A stretch of DNA of 64,000 nt from contig NW_024704743.1 in NCBI RefSeq assembly GCF_018977255.1, positions 77,686,001 through 77,750,000 of the forward strand. The letters are read 5' to 3'. Numbering within the stretch: position 1 is the first letter of the stretch; every line of letters starts with the position of its first letter. The notes under the pieces are model-generated. The model saw only the letters and a list, made by a program, of their open reading frames with translations. It was not told where the DNA came from and searched no databases. Made by a program: the position numbers and the translations under genes. Of this stretch, positions 36,117-50,382 are shown one piece after another. The stretch is from Callorhinchus milii. Lineage: Eukaryota.

Positions 36117-36423
36117 GGAGTCCTGTAGCTCAGTGGTTAGAGTACACACCTCACAAGAGAGACCTAGGTTTGATTACGGGCAGGGTGAAACCTTGGGCAA
36201 GTTTCCTTGCTCCGCACCCCTGATAATAATCCCTCAAGAAAACAAAACAATAATAAATTGGTCTCTTCAATCCACGATTGTTTGTGGGACGCTACTGTGC
36301 GCAATTGGCTTCTGCGTTTTGCCCACAATATACAGCCAATTCACTTACAGTATATCCTGTGAAGCACTTTGAGACGTTTAGAAGATGTGAAAAGCGCTAT
36401 ATCAAATGCAAGGATTATTATTA
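36117..36423 (+). mobile_element. tRNA-Ala-derived SINE, short subtype, full length
   Basis: ggagtcctgtagctcagtgg...aaatgcaaggattattatt. Confidence 0.92.
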
Positions 36424-36782
36424 CATGCATTGAACCTTAATCACATCCTATATTGTGAATCAGACTATTCCCTCTGTATTTGCTGGGCAATGGGTGTGAC
36501 TTCAATAAACAAAGTTTTACATCCAAACTGAACTGCTGGGAATATTCTGTGTTTCAGAATGAAGAAATAGATAATTGAATGTGGCATTTCACATTAGTAA
36601 TCTGCTCATTTCATATTTTTAGCATTTAAAAATAATACAAAGTGGCATGTACATGAGGGTTCGGTGTCAGTTTGCTGTATGGTACCTTATTTTTGACTTA
36701 TTATAAGACTATTGGGTTGAAAAGGCACTTCTCAGGAATCTGTTAATATTACTGGCATATAGCCACATGAAAAAACAAAACT

Positions 36783-37085
36783 AATAATAATAATCCTTGC
36801 ATTTGATATGGCACCTTTCACGTTATCGAGATGCATCAAAGCACTTCACAGGATATGCTGTAAAGTGGATTGACAGTGTATTTGTGAGCCAAACACGACA
36901 ATCAGTTGCAATTAGCAATGTCCCAACAACAGCCATGGAGTGAGTGACCAATTTTATTTGGGGGATTGTCGATCAGGACACCAGGAGAAACTCCCTGCTC
37001 TTTTCAAATGGTTCCATGGGATCTTTAACATCCACCTGAACAGGCAGATGGAACCTTGGTTTAATGTCTCATCCAAAGGATGATG
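36783..37085 (-). mobile_element. Old Deu-SINE cut off at the CR1 5' junction
   Basis: ccatgggatctttaacatccacctgaacaggcagatggaaccttggtttaatgtctcatcc. Confidence 0.82.
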
Positions 37086-37099
37086 GATATCCTTTGGTG

Positions 37100-39112
37100 A
37101 TGGATGACGGAAGCATCAAATTAAAAGAAAAGGCTTATAAAACTGCCAAGAAAAGCAGCAAATCTGAAGAGAGTTTTAGAAACCAGCAAAATAAAACTAA
37201 AAAACTCATTAAGAGTGAGAAAAAGGAGTATGAGGGTAAGCTAGCTAGGAACATTAAGTCTGATTGTAAAAGTTTTTACAAATATATTAAGAGGAATAGG
37301 CTGGCGAGGGAAAATGTAGGTCCACTTCAGTCAGAGACGTGAGAAGTTGTAATGGGGGATAAGGACATGGCAGAGTCCCTAAATGGGTATTTTGCATCTG
37401 TCTTCACCCTAGAAGACACAACAAGTCTGCCAACAATAGAGATGCACCAAGGGGATAAGGACAGGGAGCAACTTAGGGAAATTTTCATTAGTAGAGAATT
37501 GGTGCTAGGGAAACCATTAGCACTGAAAAGTGACATCCCCTGGTCTGGATGGCTTGCATCCCAGGGTTTTAAAAGAGGTAGCTTATGAGATAGTGGAGGC
37601 CTTATGTCTGATCTTCCAAAATTCCTTGGATTCTGGAATAGTCCCCATGGATTGGAAGATCGCAAATGTCACATCACTATTTAAAAAAGGTAGAAAGGAA
37701 AAGATGGGGATTTATAGGCCAGTTAGTCTCACATCAGTGATAGGAAAAATTTTAGAATCATTGATTAAGGATGTGGTAGTGTGGATTTAGGGGAGCACAA
37801 TATAATTAGGCCAAGTCAACATGGCTTTACAAAAGGGAAGTCATGTTTGACAAATCTGAGGATATTTCCAGTAAACTAGATAAGGGTGAATCTGTGGATG
37901 TGGTCTATTTGGACTTCCAGAAGGAATTCAATAAGGTGCCACATAAAAGGTTAGTCCAAAAGATAAGGGCCCATGGAATTGGGGGAAGCATATTAACGTG
38001 GATTGGGGAATGGTTAACGGGTAGGAAACAAAGAGTCCGGATAAATGGGTCCTTTTCAGATTGGCGGGATGTGACTAGTGGAGTGCCACAAGGAACAGTC
38101 CTTGGGCCTCAGCTATTTACCATCTACATCAATGATCTAGATGAGGACATCAAAGTTAATATATCTAAATTCGCGGATGACACAAAACTAGGAGGAAGTG
38201 TCAACACAGAGGATGACATTAAAAAAATGCAGCGAGACATAGATAGGTTAGGTGATTGGGTGGGTAGGTGGCAGATGAAGTATAATGTAGGGAAGTGCGA
38301 AGTCATCCACCTAGGTAGCAAAAACAGTAGAGCGGGTTATTTTTTAGAAGGGGAGAGATTGGAATGTGTTAGCGTCCAGAGGGACTTGGGTGTCCTTGTA
38401 CACCAATCACAGAAAGTTAGTCTGCAGGTGCAGAAAGCAATTAGGAAGGCAAACGGTATGTTAGCATTCATTATGAAAGGATTAGAGTATAAGAGTAGGG
38501 AAGTCTTGCTGCAACTGTATAGGGCCCTGGTGAGACCACACCTGGAATACTGTGTGCAGTTTTGGTCTCCTTATTTAAGGAAGGATGTACTTGCCTTGGA
38601 GGGGGTGCAGCGTAGATTTACTAGGTTAGTGCCAGGGATGAAGGGAATGCGTTATGAGGATAGGTTGACCAATTTGGGCCTATATTCTCTAGAATATAGA
38701 AGAATTAGAGGGGATCTTACAGAAACCTATAAGATCAACAAAGGGCATGATAGAGTAGATAATGGGAGATTGTTTCCCTTGGTTGGAGAAACTAAAACCA
38801 GGGGTCACAACCTTAAAATCAGAGGCCAGCCCTTTCGCACTGAGTTGAGGAAGAACTTCTTCACTCAAAGGGTGGTGAATGTATGGAACTCACTACCCCA
38901 AAGGGCTGTTGACGCTCAGTCCTTGAACATATTCAAGACTGAGATAGATAGATTTCTTATTGCAAAAGGGATTAAGGGATATGGGGATAAGGCAGAGTTA
39001 GGTTATTAACCGGAGTTAGATTAGAGGATCAGCCATGATTGAATGGCGGGGCAGGCTCGAAGGGCCGAATGGCCTACTCCTGCTCCTACGTGTTATGCTT
39101 TGTTATGTTATA
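37100..39112 (+). mobile_element. 5'-truncated CR1 LINE (HER1-like), about 2 kb, relatively young
   Basis: ORF2 tether and RT in consecutive frames (KSFYKYIK; SPGLDGLHPRVLKE; WKIANVTSLFKKG; YRPVSLTS; QHGF), then a 3' UTR stem-loop (ggggcaggctcgaagggccgaatggcctactcctgctcc) and a (TGTTA)-like tail. Confidence 0.97.
37843..39009 (+). pseudogene. CR1 ORF2 reverse-transcriptase and C-terminal domain (388-codon open remnant)
   Basis: Motifs YLDFQKEFNKVPH, GVPQGTVLGPQLFTIYINDL, FADD, LYRALVRPHLEYCVQFW, FFTQRVVNVWNSLP. Upstream stop at 37340, frameshifts at about 37530 and 37780-37860, no endonuclease domain. Confidence 0.95.
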
Positions 39113-39231
39113 TGTATAGCGGGTTCTCTTCTGGAAACAGATAAACTGTATCTCCAGCAGATATATACATGTACATGTACATATATATGTAGTGTATATA
39201 CCACCATGTACCACCCTGCTCAATCCCACAT

Positions 39232-39567
39232 TATAATAATAATAATTCTGATTCCATTTGATATAGCCCCTTATCATGTCATTGAGACTTTATATTGTAA
39301 AATGAATTGACTGTATTTTGTGGGCACAACGCAGCAGCCAATTGCAATAGCAGTATCCCACAAACAGCCATGGATTGAGTGACCACAATTTTTTGGAGTG
39401 ATTATTAGCCCCTGGAAGCGATTCGCGAAACGACTAATAACCGGGTTCCTACTTACTGCGAGGTAAACAAAGGTGTGTGGAATAAGATTTTGCCTCACTC
39501 ATGAATCAAACCCCGGTCCTCTCACTTGTGAGATGAGTGTACTAATCACTACCCTAAAGAACTGCTA
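39232..39567 (-). mobile_element. tRNA-Ala-derived SINE, long subtype
   Basis: accgggttcctacttactgcgaggtaaacaaaggtgtgtggaataag; tail (AAT)n. Confidence 0.85.
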
Positions 39568-39649
39568 CTATGCTATGGGACTTCTAATATTCTGGCTCTT
39601 CTCAATTCCATTGCCCTGTTCTGGCCCTGGCAAGACATTACCCTGGTCG

Positions 39650-39705
39650 GGTCTAACCCTGCTCAGGTATAATCCTGCTCAGGTCTAACCCTGCTCAGGT
39701 CTAAC
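39650..39705 (+). repeat. 16-bp minisatellite, about 3.5 copies
   Basis: Unit ggtctaaccctgctca. Confidence 0.9.
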
Positions 39706-40061
39706 TGCAGGTTAATTCGCGAGGATCTTTAAACAATCTTTATGTGTTGTGAGCTCTGTTCTGCTGGTCAGTTAACTCTCTTTGTAGTGCAGGGGAGAGT
39801 CATCCTTAAGACCTTGAGAAGAAACCTTTATATGTGTTTGCTCAGTGCAGAACAAATGTTGTTATATAATGACACAGTTTATTTTCACACAGCCTGAGAC
39901 TGTTGCCTACACACTCTACCTTTGCCACACATTCAATATTTATACAATAATCAACTCAAGAGGGGTGTGTTTTTACATGGAATTTCAGCACATAAGCTTT
40001 GCATAAAGCAAAACTGACCATTAAAGTGGGCCATGTTAACTAAAAAATCCTTTTGCATTTT

Positions 40062-40420
40062 AATAATAACAATAATAAAAATCCTAAAATCTGGTATAGC
40101 AGCTTTCATGTCAGGAGGATGTCCCAAAGCGCTTCATAGAATATATTGCAAATTGTAATGACTGTGTATTTTGTGAGCAAATGCGGCAGTAAATTCGTCT
40201 CACAAACAGCTATGGAGTGAATGACCCTTTTTTTCATTTGGCAGACTGTTGACAACAACACCAGCAGAAACTCCCTTCTGGTTTTGAGCAGTGCCATGGG
40301 ATTTGTATTATCCACCTGAACAAGCAGACGGGATCTTGGTTTAACTTGTCACCCGAAGCACAACCTTCTAACAGAGCAGCACGTTCCCAGCACTGTATTG
40401 GAGTGTCAGTTTAGACTATG
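40062..40420 (-). mobile_element. Old Deu-SINE
   Basis: gtgccatgggat...tccacctgaacaagcagacgggatcttggtttaac...gcactgtattggagtgtcag. Confidence 0.8.
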
Positions 40421-42259
40421 TCGGTTCCAAGTTCTTTTGGAATGATCATTATTATATTAAAGCAGAGGATTGTGTCTGGTCTGTATCATACAAACCTTTT
40501 ATATTTGTTATTACCTGAGGAGGGGAGGGAAAAGAAAGGAGGATTTCTGAACATCTGGAAAATCCTATTCCAAGTGCATGTTTCCAAGTAATTTGTTTCT
40601 ATAGAACAAGGGGGAGGGAACAAAGGGGGAAATAATTAGTATATTCATCTTATAGATTGATAAATATCAAGATTTGCATTGGTAGGGGCTGCAAACAGCT
40701 AACTGAAACTTAGAGGGTAGTTTAAGCAGTGAGACTGTTGGAGCATTTCTGAGACAGCAGCATGTTCCAAGTCTGATGGGAATGAATGGAATGGTGTTAT
40801 GGTCAGCCATGCAAGGTTTTCTGCATAGTTTGTACAGAGCATTTTGCCCAGTTTCTAACTGAACCAGCACACCAGGAAAGAGTAAAAGGCCAGCTGAATC
40901 ATGAAGAGCAAAAGTTAGTTCTTACTCTTCAGGCTTGACTTATGTTATTAAACAGGCAGTGGCAAATCTTTCATCCATTGGAAGAGAGCCCAATGTATTC
41001 CAATTATTGTTATTCTTTCGAATATTTACCCAATAGTCAAATAAGATGGATATACTGATTATTTCCCCCTCTTTCCCTTACCCCATAGAAAAAAATAACT
41101 TGGAAACCTGCACTTATTGTCATTTCTTACTTATTATACAGTAAAATTTCTACTTCGCTGAAATAAATGGTAAGAGTGTTAACCACTGTTTATTAGTAAA
41201 TTCTCATAATTTCACCTTTATATGAAGCTCTTCTGGTACATGTTGTTCATGGAGCCTGATTTTCAGGAGCAAAAATACACAAGATGAGAGTGCTGACCTT
41301 TGCTCCCATCGGGACTTTAATGCCCAATAGTCAAATAATCTGATTCAATTCGCACATGTTTCAAAGATTATGAAGGTTCCTCATTTTCTCTAATCTATGT
41401 CCGAATGCACTGACATCGATACGGTAATCATTTCAGTCCAGATTTGATTTAATATTTTTAGGCATTGAAACCTGTATCTACTCACAAGCTCCTCAGGCAA
41501 TGATCTGAGTTTCTCTATAACTCAGATCAGATGTCCTGTAGACTCATCAACTTGAAGCAAGGACAACTGTTTTAATTGTTCATGTGCATAAATATTTACT
41601 TGTGTAACATTACTGTACTTCTGTCGTGGACCTGCTTTGATTTTTTTTAATAAAGCAAGAATACACAGAACTACTGTATTTGCAAAGGCTTGGATTGTTT
41701 GCAGATTGCACCAGCTGCAAGATTTCTAAATTAATCATTCAGTCTCCGACGATCTCACATGTCAAGTCCGGTTAATACTCAGCCTTGAGTTTTGGTTTCC
41801 CTCAGGCAATGTGGTGTGGCACTAAGTTGGTGCGCTGTCAGCAACAAAGGTAGACTTGTATAAAATTTGACTTGGAATTTTTTTTACAGTTTTTTAAAAA
41901 AATCCAGGAACTGTATTTCAACGGCAAGGATTCTTTTCCTAACAGAAGCCCAGAAAACTTGAAAAAATGTTTCCCAGTTTGGTGTTATAATTGCTACAGT
42001 TAGAATGATATAGGCTCTAACCAGTGAGTCAACATTTCATTTTCATACATTATAATGAGGACATTAATATTATTTTGTGTTTAGAAAACAATTCCATAAA
42101 GTTAAATGAATGTTGGTCAACTGAGTTCAGCAACCAGTGGCAAGAGAAAAATTCAAATATTCAATCCTTGTAAATTTCTTTCAAAATCTCTTATCTCATA
42201 AATTACATATCTTCTGCTGCCTTATAAAGATGGACCTATGCAATTTTGTGAATGATATA

Positions 42260-42567
42260 TAATAATAATTTTTGCATTTGATATAGCGCTTTTCACATCT
42301 TCGAGACGTCTCAAAGTGCTTCACAGAATATACTGTAAAGTGAATTGACTATATTGGTGGGCAAAACGCGGCAGCCAATAGCGCATAGCAATGTCCCACA
42401 AATAGTCGTGGATTGAAGTGACCAATTCATTATTGGTTTTTTTCTTGAGGGATTATTAACAGGCGTGTGGAGTAAGAAAACTTGCCCAAGGTTTTGCCCT
42501 GCCGGGAATTGAACCCAGGTCTCTCACTTGTGAGGTGAGTGCTCTAACCACTGAGCTACAGGACTCC
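42260..42567 (-). mobile_element. tRNA-Ala-derived SINE, short subtype, full length
   Basis: Reverse complement of 3877-4189. Confidence 0.92.
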
Positions 42568-43994
42568 ACAGTATGAGTTAACATCATATGTAAATCATGC
42601 CACTTCTAATACTAGCTTGTCTCTTGAGACTATCCTATTTTAAGAGGCCCAAGGATTTAAAAATGGGCAATTCTCCTGGCTCCAAATCCCAACAGGAGTT
42701 CCGACATTCTTTAATTGTATCTCTGTTGAGACTCTTGGCCCAAGATAGCTTATACAGCCATTGGACTCTCTAGCTTGTATATAGAGGTATTTAAATGCTG
42801 GTTTGTGGGTTATAGGCCCAAGTCAAACAAACAAAAACATAGCATTAGACTGGTACCTGTGAACCGGCAATCATGTGGCACAATCTGAGAAGATTTTGTC
42901 CATTTTGTGCTTCAAGTGTCCTGGTCAACAATGCCCCAAATAAAATTGGTCATTGACTTCATGGCTGTTTGTGGAACATTAATGTGTGAAAATTAGCTGC
43001 TGCACTCGTTTACACTGCGCTTGACAATATATCCTGTGAAGGCCTTGAGATATCCTCCTGAGCTGAAAGGAACTATATCAAGTATAAAGACTGTTATCAG
43101 TATTTTCACTTAAAATTTAAGATCACACAAAATTATGGAAGATTTTTCATTTTGAAATCAGTTTTCTGCAGTTTTTAAAAACAACTGGCTTCCAAATTAA
43201 GATTGAAATGAAGACATTTCCTTAGCTTTCCAAAGTGGTAGGTTTTACGTGCAAATTTGTTGTTTTGCCCTGATAATAATATGATTGCATATTTGTAGAT
43301 GATGGTAACATTCTGCACAATACTTTAGCATTGGATAATGATGAACTTCAAAACAAAATGCAAATTAATTTATATGCATTGCACAACTAGCTATTTTGAG
43401 AGACGACAGATACAATATTTCAGTACTCCAAGAGTTAATATTACAAAGGGTAGTTTTGAACAACATTATTTTTAAATTTCTAAAAAATGTGATTCTTACC
43501 TTTCTGCATTACAGTCATTATTTAATACAAAAGATGCTATAATAATTCCTTCAAGTTAAATATCTTGTCACACAACAATGTAAACACGTGATGTAATGCC
43601 AAAGTGACAGGAAATCTCTCTCACTGATTACTGCTGCAAATGTGCAAAATTCAGCATCTTATGATAGTAGCGCTCTGCTTACAACTTGCTATGAGGAACA
43701 GAAGTAATAATAGTGACTGCTCCATCCATATATTATACAATGGCGTTTCTTTCATTGTTTTTGTTGCTAATAGCTTTTAATTCTTTTTTGTTTAAAGTGA
43801 ATTGCTGAATAGAAAGTTTGAGATACCGGCAGGTAAAATAACTGTGACACATTATGTGTTATTTTTAATCTATTGACAACTTTTGGATAGGATGTTAATC
43901 CAAGATCCCATTGTCTGTTCAGGTAGACGTTAAAGACATGGCAGCACTTTTTGAAAAGAGAAGGAAAGTTTTTTCCCAGCAAACAACCACTTAA

Positions 43995-44180
43995 TTAATA
44001 ATAAATTGGTCATTTTCAATCTACGACTGTTTGTGGGACATTGCTGTGCGCAATTGGCTGTCGCGTTCGCCCACAAATTTACAGTCAATTCACTTTACAG
44101 TGTGTTCTGTGAAGCGCTTTGGGACGTCCTCCCGACGTGAAAAGCGCTATATCAAATGCAAGGATTATTATTATTATTAT
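43995..44180 (+). mobile_element. 5'-truncated young SINE inside an older Deu-SINE (43880-44240)
   Basis: Near-identical to 53843-54024; the older copy resumes at ttggtcattaattttatggctg. Confidence 0.88.
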
Positions 44181-44718
44181 TGGTCATTAATTTTATGGCT
44201 GTTTGTAAGGCACTGTATCAAATACAGGGATTATTATTATTACCCAATGTAAGTAATAAGAACAGATACCCTAATAAAAATAGGTGGATCATAACCCTGT
44301 GTATCAATCACAGATTCCAAAGTCCAAGGAATGTATTTATAACATTAAAACAGATGAGACTCCAAGATAGGAGGTGGAATGTATAATATTTTATTAGAAT
44401 TCCAGGACAGATAACTGGCTTCAGACACAGGGAAATTTCTATATGTAGGTGCATACATATGTGGAACTCTCAGTCTGGTTTGGATAGCCTTAAGCATGAT
44501 GATGGGTTGCTACATGTGTCAGACACCTGACTGACCAGAAAGACAATTCACCACTAGTTAGGTACCTGGTTTTGATTAGAACTCACACAAAACACCTACT
44601 AAACATTTGGGATCTTTCGGCCCCCCTTTTTGGATAATTTCTGTGAACTGCATTGAGACTTTGACAAAATGAGGACTGGCTTCCAAAAAGAATTGGCTTC
44701 CAAATCCAAGGATTATTA

Positions 44719-45025
44719 TAGCTCAGTGGTTAGAGCACTCGCTTTGCAAGCGAGAGACCTGAGTTAGTTTCCAGGCAGGGCGAAACCTTGGGCAAGTTTC
44801 CTTACTCCACACGCCTAATAATAATCCATCAAAAAAAACAATAATAAATTGGTCACTTCAATCCACGACTGTTTGTGGGACACTGCTGTGTGCAATTGGC
44901 TTCCGCGTTTCGCCCACATAATATGCAGTCAATTCACTTTACAGTATATTCTGTGAAGCGCTTTAAGACGTCTAGAAGACGTGAAATGCGCTGTATCAAA
45001 TGCAAGGATTATTATTATTATTATT
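44719..45025 (+). mobile_element. tRNA-Ala-derived SINE, short subtype, joined to the tail of an older SINE
   Basis: ...caaggattatta|tagctcagtggttagagcac...(ATT)n. Confidence 0.92.
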
Positions 45026-45924
45026 AAATGAATAAATAAACAAACACAAAATCGCTCCATGATGACCTACCGTCATTTGATAAATACCAGTAATACTGTA
45101 TGTGGAGGAGAACAAAAAAGAGAAAATTGAATTAATTTTAATAAAATTCTATTACCTGATGACATACATTTGCATCTTGGTTCTGCTTTACGTTAGAGGA
45201 AACATATCTGCTGTGAACATTTACGTTTAGCAGTTAGTGTCACTTCTAGTTAACACAGGATTAACATCCAGACTATCACATTTCAAAGACAAAGCAAAAT
45301 CACTTCATGGACCATCTTCAATTGCTTGGATTTGAATGAGATTGCTTGCTTCCACTTTGAACTCATCTTTTCATCTATTCTCACAAGTTCTGCTTCTCAC
45401 TGCAGAAAGAAATAGATTTTCTACAATTCAATGTGTGTGGGGGTGGGGGATAGTGCTACCCTGAGATTTTTGTTAGACGTAATCCCAATTAAATGTGAAC
45501 AAGTGAAAATTTATACACTAAATACTCTTTCCGAAGTATTGAGTATTGATGGCTCTTACTCTCTAATATAACAAGTACATTCCCATTTAGAAACTTGCTA
45601 TTTCATTTAACATTTTTAATATCTGTAAATGAATAACCACTAAAAATATAACAAATCAGGATTTATAATGCATGCATATTTTCCATTGTAAATGTATCAA
45701 ATCCACATATAGAATGGCAAACATTGCTGTTATGAATTGTATTCATGGATGCACTCAGATACTTCAACAAGCATTACTTCATTTAAATTGCCTGAAATGT
45801 TTAGATTTTCATCAATAATTAAAACATAAAATTATGTAAACCTGACCAAAAATGTGAGCAACATTGAGGTATTTTGAATATTTCACACCATTTAATGTTC
45901 ATCCAAAACCCTTTAGAATCTCTA

Positions 45925-46395
45925 ACACTAGGCTCTGCACAATCATTACCCCAAACCTTGACGTACTCCATTAGCTCCCAGTACCTCAATGGATCAACTT
46001 TAAGATCCTTAGCCTGATCTTATCTTCAAAACATTTCAGTGTGTTGCCTCTCCCACTTCTAACATCTCCTACAGCCCTATTCTCCAGCATCACAGGCATG
46101 GTTAAAGGGTCTGATTTTGAAAGCTCTCCACTCCCCCTTCTCTGATCCTTTGCTCATTCCTCATTCTCTCCCCCAGTATGAGCGGCAGAATCTTTAGTCA
46201 TTGAGCTCCTGCTTGATGGAATCTTAACAAAAATCTCTCACCTTAGTTTTGTTTGCCATGCTTTCAAAACCAATGCCTTTAATTGTATCTGTAGTCAACA
46301 CCCTTAAATTCTCTTTCACTACCTCACTGCTCAGTGCTCCCTATTGACTTTAAGTATGATGAGATAAACATCACGCATGAAAGGCAAGATGTTTT
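45925..46395 (+). mobile_element. Decayed L2 3' fragment
   Basis: Colinear with 54400-54860 (cattacccc, ctccattagctccc, tttaagatcct, gcggcagaatcttt). Confidence 0.6.
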
Positions 46396-47439
46396 ATATT
46401 ATTGAGACAACTTCAAGAACACAGTAATTTTATCGCTTATGCATATTTCCCTTATCCCACAATTGGAACCAATGGATTCTGGTTCCTTATGAACTTGTTT
46501 TGTGATGGTTAATAAATTGCAAGATCACAAAGATGAAGACATATAGGCCCATTTGATCTCATTTTTCCTAGAATACAAATCCCTGCCACCTTTTTATTGC
46601 AGCATCAAATGGTTTCTTAAAGGAGACTAGTGCCCTTGTCTCTAATAGCCTTACGAATAATGCATTCCAGTTGTTGACTACCTTCTGCGTAAAATATTTG
46701 GTACCGCTCCTAACCTTACCCTGAACTTGTGACTTCTTGGCATTTCTGAAAGTATTGTTCTGAGTTTACTTTTTCTATCATATATCATGGCATTTTTATA
46801 CTGTAGCTTCTGAGGTATGTGCTCCAACAGGTGACAGTCCAGCATTTCTTTTCCCATGTCTATCACTTTCAGCCTTGCAGATGTTTCCTCCGCAGTGAGG
46901 GGAACAGTGAAGAAAAGAGGGCGGTGCTCACAATACAATAATGATCCACAAACACAAGCAAATTTAGACATCACTAACCAAATGGTGCAATGACCACAGT
47001 TGTTGTGTAAAAAAAACTTTATAAATTTATTTTTGCATACCAAGGTATTGGCCAGAAAATGGGCTGAATATCAAATGATATTCCGTTATTTTGTTGTTGC
47101 TCATCAGGAAAGTAACTAAAGCCTTTTACTCATGAGCAGCACACCCTAAGGCATTGAGATACATATTAGACAATGTGAGATATTCCTCATATGGCAGAGC
47201 AGCACAGAGCCCTAGCGTAATCCTCATATTCCAGTTTACAGACCAATATCAACGAAACGCCTGAAAGTGCTTCACAGAACTTTCTGTTTGGTGCAACAAC
47301 TGTATTTGCAGGCAAATGCAGCAGCCAATTTACCTGCAGCAATATCCCACAAAGAGCCACAACACAGCCATTCTACCTGTATAAAAATAACATAATAAAT
47401 GACAGTCTGCTAAAGACCTACAAAGCAATAACTGGCAAC

Positions 47440-48185
47440 TGCAGATCCATTAGATTGACCTCCCATAATTGGAAAACTAAATAGAGTTAATCATCAGAAA
47501 GAAAATAGAAGATTATGTGTTTAAAAATGATCTAATAATGACAGCCAGCACAGAAAAAAAATCATGTTTGACCAATGTTTGACAAAGTATGATATGAAAG
47601 ACTTCTTCACAAACTGATGCCACTCCTTATCAAGGGCAACAAATGAACAAAGATTTAAAATTAACTGAAGGAAAAGTAGCAGAGGGTAGTTCAAGGGAAG
47701 TTAGGTTAAAATGTGGGAGAAAGAAGATATTAAGTGGGGTGCCTCAGGGGTTTGTACTGGGACCGCTCCTGTTCCTTGTATATATTAATGCTATGGATCT
47801 ACAGACTTTGTGAGGTAACGCAATCAAATGCGAGGATTATTATTATTTTTATTGTTAATTATATTTCCAGATTAATTGGTTATGTGTGGGGGTGGGAGAG
47901 GGGGATGTCTATTGAATTAGAAATGATAGTAACAATCTTACAATTAGAGCTTGAAATTAGATTGAATACAGATAATGTAAGGTACCACATATATAAAGTA
48001 AAAATAGTAAATGTTAGAGAAATGAGCTATGATTAACAATTAGCGTAGGGTTCTTCAGTTTTGAAAAGAGACATCTCAGAAGAGGAAATCAGGCAGCAGA
48101 TAAGAGTTTAGGGTTGCAATGGACAATTTCTGGATAGACACCACAAAGTTTTTCTTTACCAAGAGGGTAATTAACAGCTGACACT
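47440..48185 (+). mobile_element. Highly decayed CR1 ORF2 fragments
   Basis: agtggggtgcctcaggggtttgtactgggaccgctcctgttccttgtatatattaatg encodes SGVPQG.VLGPLLFLVYIN; ttctttaccaagagggta encodes FFT.RV. Confidence 0.75.
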
Positions 48186-48235
48186 AGGAAGATGAGACAC
48201 TGGAGTTACAGCTCAATACTGTGCTGGGAGGACAG

Positions 48236-48556
48236 TAATAATAATAATAATAATCCTTGCATTTGATATAGCGCTTTTCACATCTTGTAGACATCCCAAA
48301 GTGCTTCACAGAATATACTGTAAAGTGAATTGACTGTATATTTGTGGGCGAATGCGGCAGCCAATTGCGCACAGCAATGTCTCACAAACAGTCGTGGATT
48401 GAAAATGACCAATTTATTATTGTTTTGATTTGAAGGGATTATTATTAGGCTCTGTGTGGAGTAAGGAAACTTACCCAAGGTTTCACCCTGCCTGGAATTG
48501 AACTCAGGTCTCTCACTTGCAAAGCGAGTGCTCTAACCACTGAGCTTCGGGACTCC
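48236..48556 (-). mobile_element. tRNA-Ala-derived SINE, short subtype, full length
   Basis: Reverse complement of 3877-4189; followed by an older Deu-SINE piece at 48620-48800. Confidence 0.93.
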
Positions 48557-50017
48557 ACTAGGTGGGTATTCAGGAGAACTGAAATAAATGTGCCAAGCAT
48601 ATTTTTAATCTGAATCTCTCTTGTGAAGTTAATGACCATTTTATTTGGAGGATTGTTGTCCAGGACACTGAGAGAAAAATTGGCTTTTATTTTCAAATAG
48701 AGCCATGGATCTTTAACATTTACCAGGACAGGCAGACAGAACCTTGATTTAATGTCTCATCTGAAGGATGGCAGTTCTGACATGCAGCATACACAGCACT
48801 GTGTATTATCATTTTGAAGACAAAAACAACTACAGCAGCAAAGGGAGACTAGAGACCAGATGTTGTCAGTGATACTATAGCACAGGATATCTGCAAACAT
48901 GTGCTTCTCACTGCCAGCAGACTCGCAAGGTAAAACGTGATATTTTATACTTTTTTGGAGATCCTTTCCAAGACTGAATAGTGCAGACAGAACAGCAAAA
49001 TGTTTTCCAATAAAGTTAAAAGCCTTCTAATTCACCATTGAAGACTTCATGTAAATTTTAATGAAATTCATAGAGTGTGGGAACTAAAGCCCACTTATTC
49101 CAGGTGAATAAGTGGAACAGTAGGGTTGGTTACTGCCCTCATTGTATTTTGTAACTGTCATTCACGTACATATTTAATACATAAAGAAGTTATGGGCCAC
49201 ACCTTACCTGCTCTTAGTGTGACAAATACTTTACAGAATTCAGAAGGAACATACATCTGCCTTCTCAGATTGCACGACAGGTCTGACTCACATTGTTTTG
49301 TAGTTTTGTGGTATGGGAAACAGGAAGTGAAATGTCAAGCTGTTTATCTTCTCATGTGATGCTTCTATATTGCACAACATAAAACTGGTTTCTTAAATGC
49401 TTCCAGCAGGACAAATATCTGGATCTCCCCACCGTATTCATGATAGTCATTCAAACAACTGTTGATTTACTTTGGAGGTGATAATATCAATGTTATCACA
49501 AACCAAGATGGGGGGTGGGGGTGTGGGGGAAGCTAGAACCAAAACATGTAGAGTTAAAAAAAGTTAAGCCAAGGTAACTGCCCCTATTTCAAGCCATCCC
49601 AAAACTCTGTGCATTCACTCACTGCACAAAAGCTCAATTATATCCACAGCACAAAAAAAAGTTGAGACTTTAAATGCCTCATATGTACGTAACCAGATTA
49701 GTATTGCTATAGTACTTTCCGAGCCCCATGGACTGTTCACATACATAATACCATCCTCCCTCTACCCTATTGATTAAATTACTCCCAGAAAATAGCTCAA
49801 TCAATCAAATCAGAAAATAGCTCAATCAAACTAAATGTAATTCAATATAGCTCAATCAAACTGAATGTAGAAACTTTGAATATGATTTTATAAAATGTTT
49901 AAGCAAAATATTTATTTGAACAGAATAGTTCATATAAATGCTACCCCAAGTGAAGGGTGCTATATAAACACATTTTTTTAAAAGTTGTTTTTGTTTTGGA
50001 TTCCACTTAGAACGCAC

Positions 50018-50382
<365 letters not shown>

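Noticed and set aside
37843-39009. 388-aa ORF as an active or domesticated RT gene
   Set aside because: It starts mid-domain after frameshifts, lacks the endonuclease and ORF1, and has substitutions in conserved motifs (KEFNKV for KAFDKV); an ordinary dead CR1.
39650-39705. ctaaccct within the 16-bp repeat as interstitial telomere
   Set aside because: Only one telomere-like hexamer per unit; no (TTAGGG)n array.
45290-45415. Strong minus-strand splice acceptor (tttctttctgcag) before purine-rich sequence
   Set aside because: All three frames hit stops at or soon after the acceptor and no convincing donor follows.
49785-49870. Repeated atagctcaatcaa units
   Set aside because: Irregular local slippage duplications (as also at 30260, 35565 and 55835) with no spacer structure.
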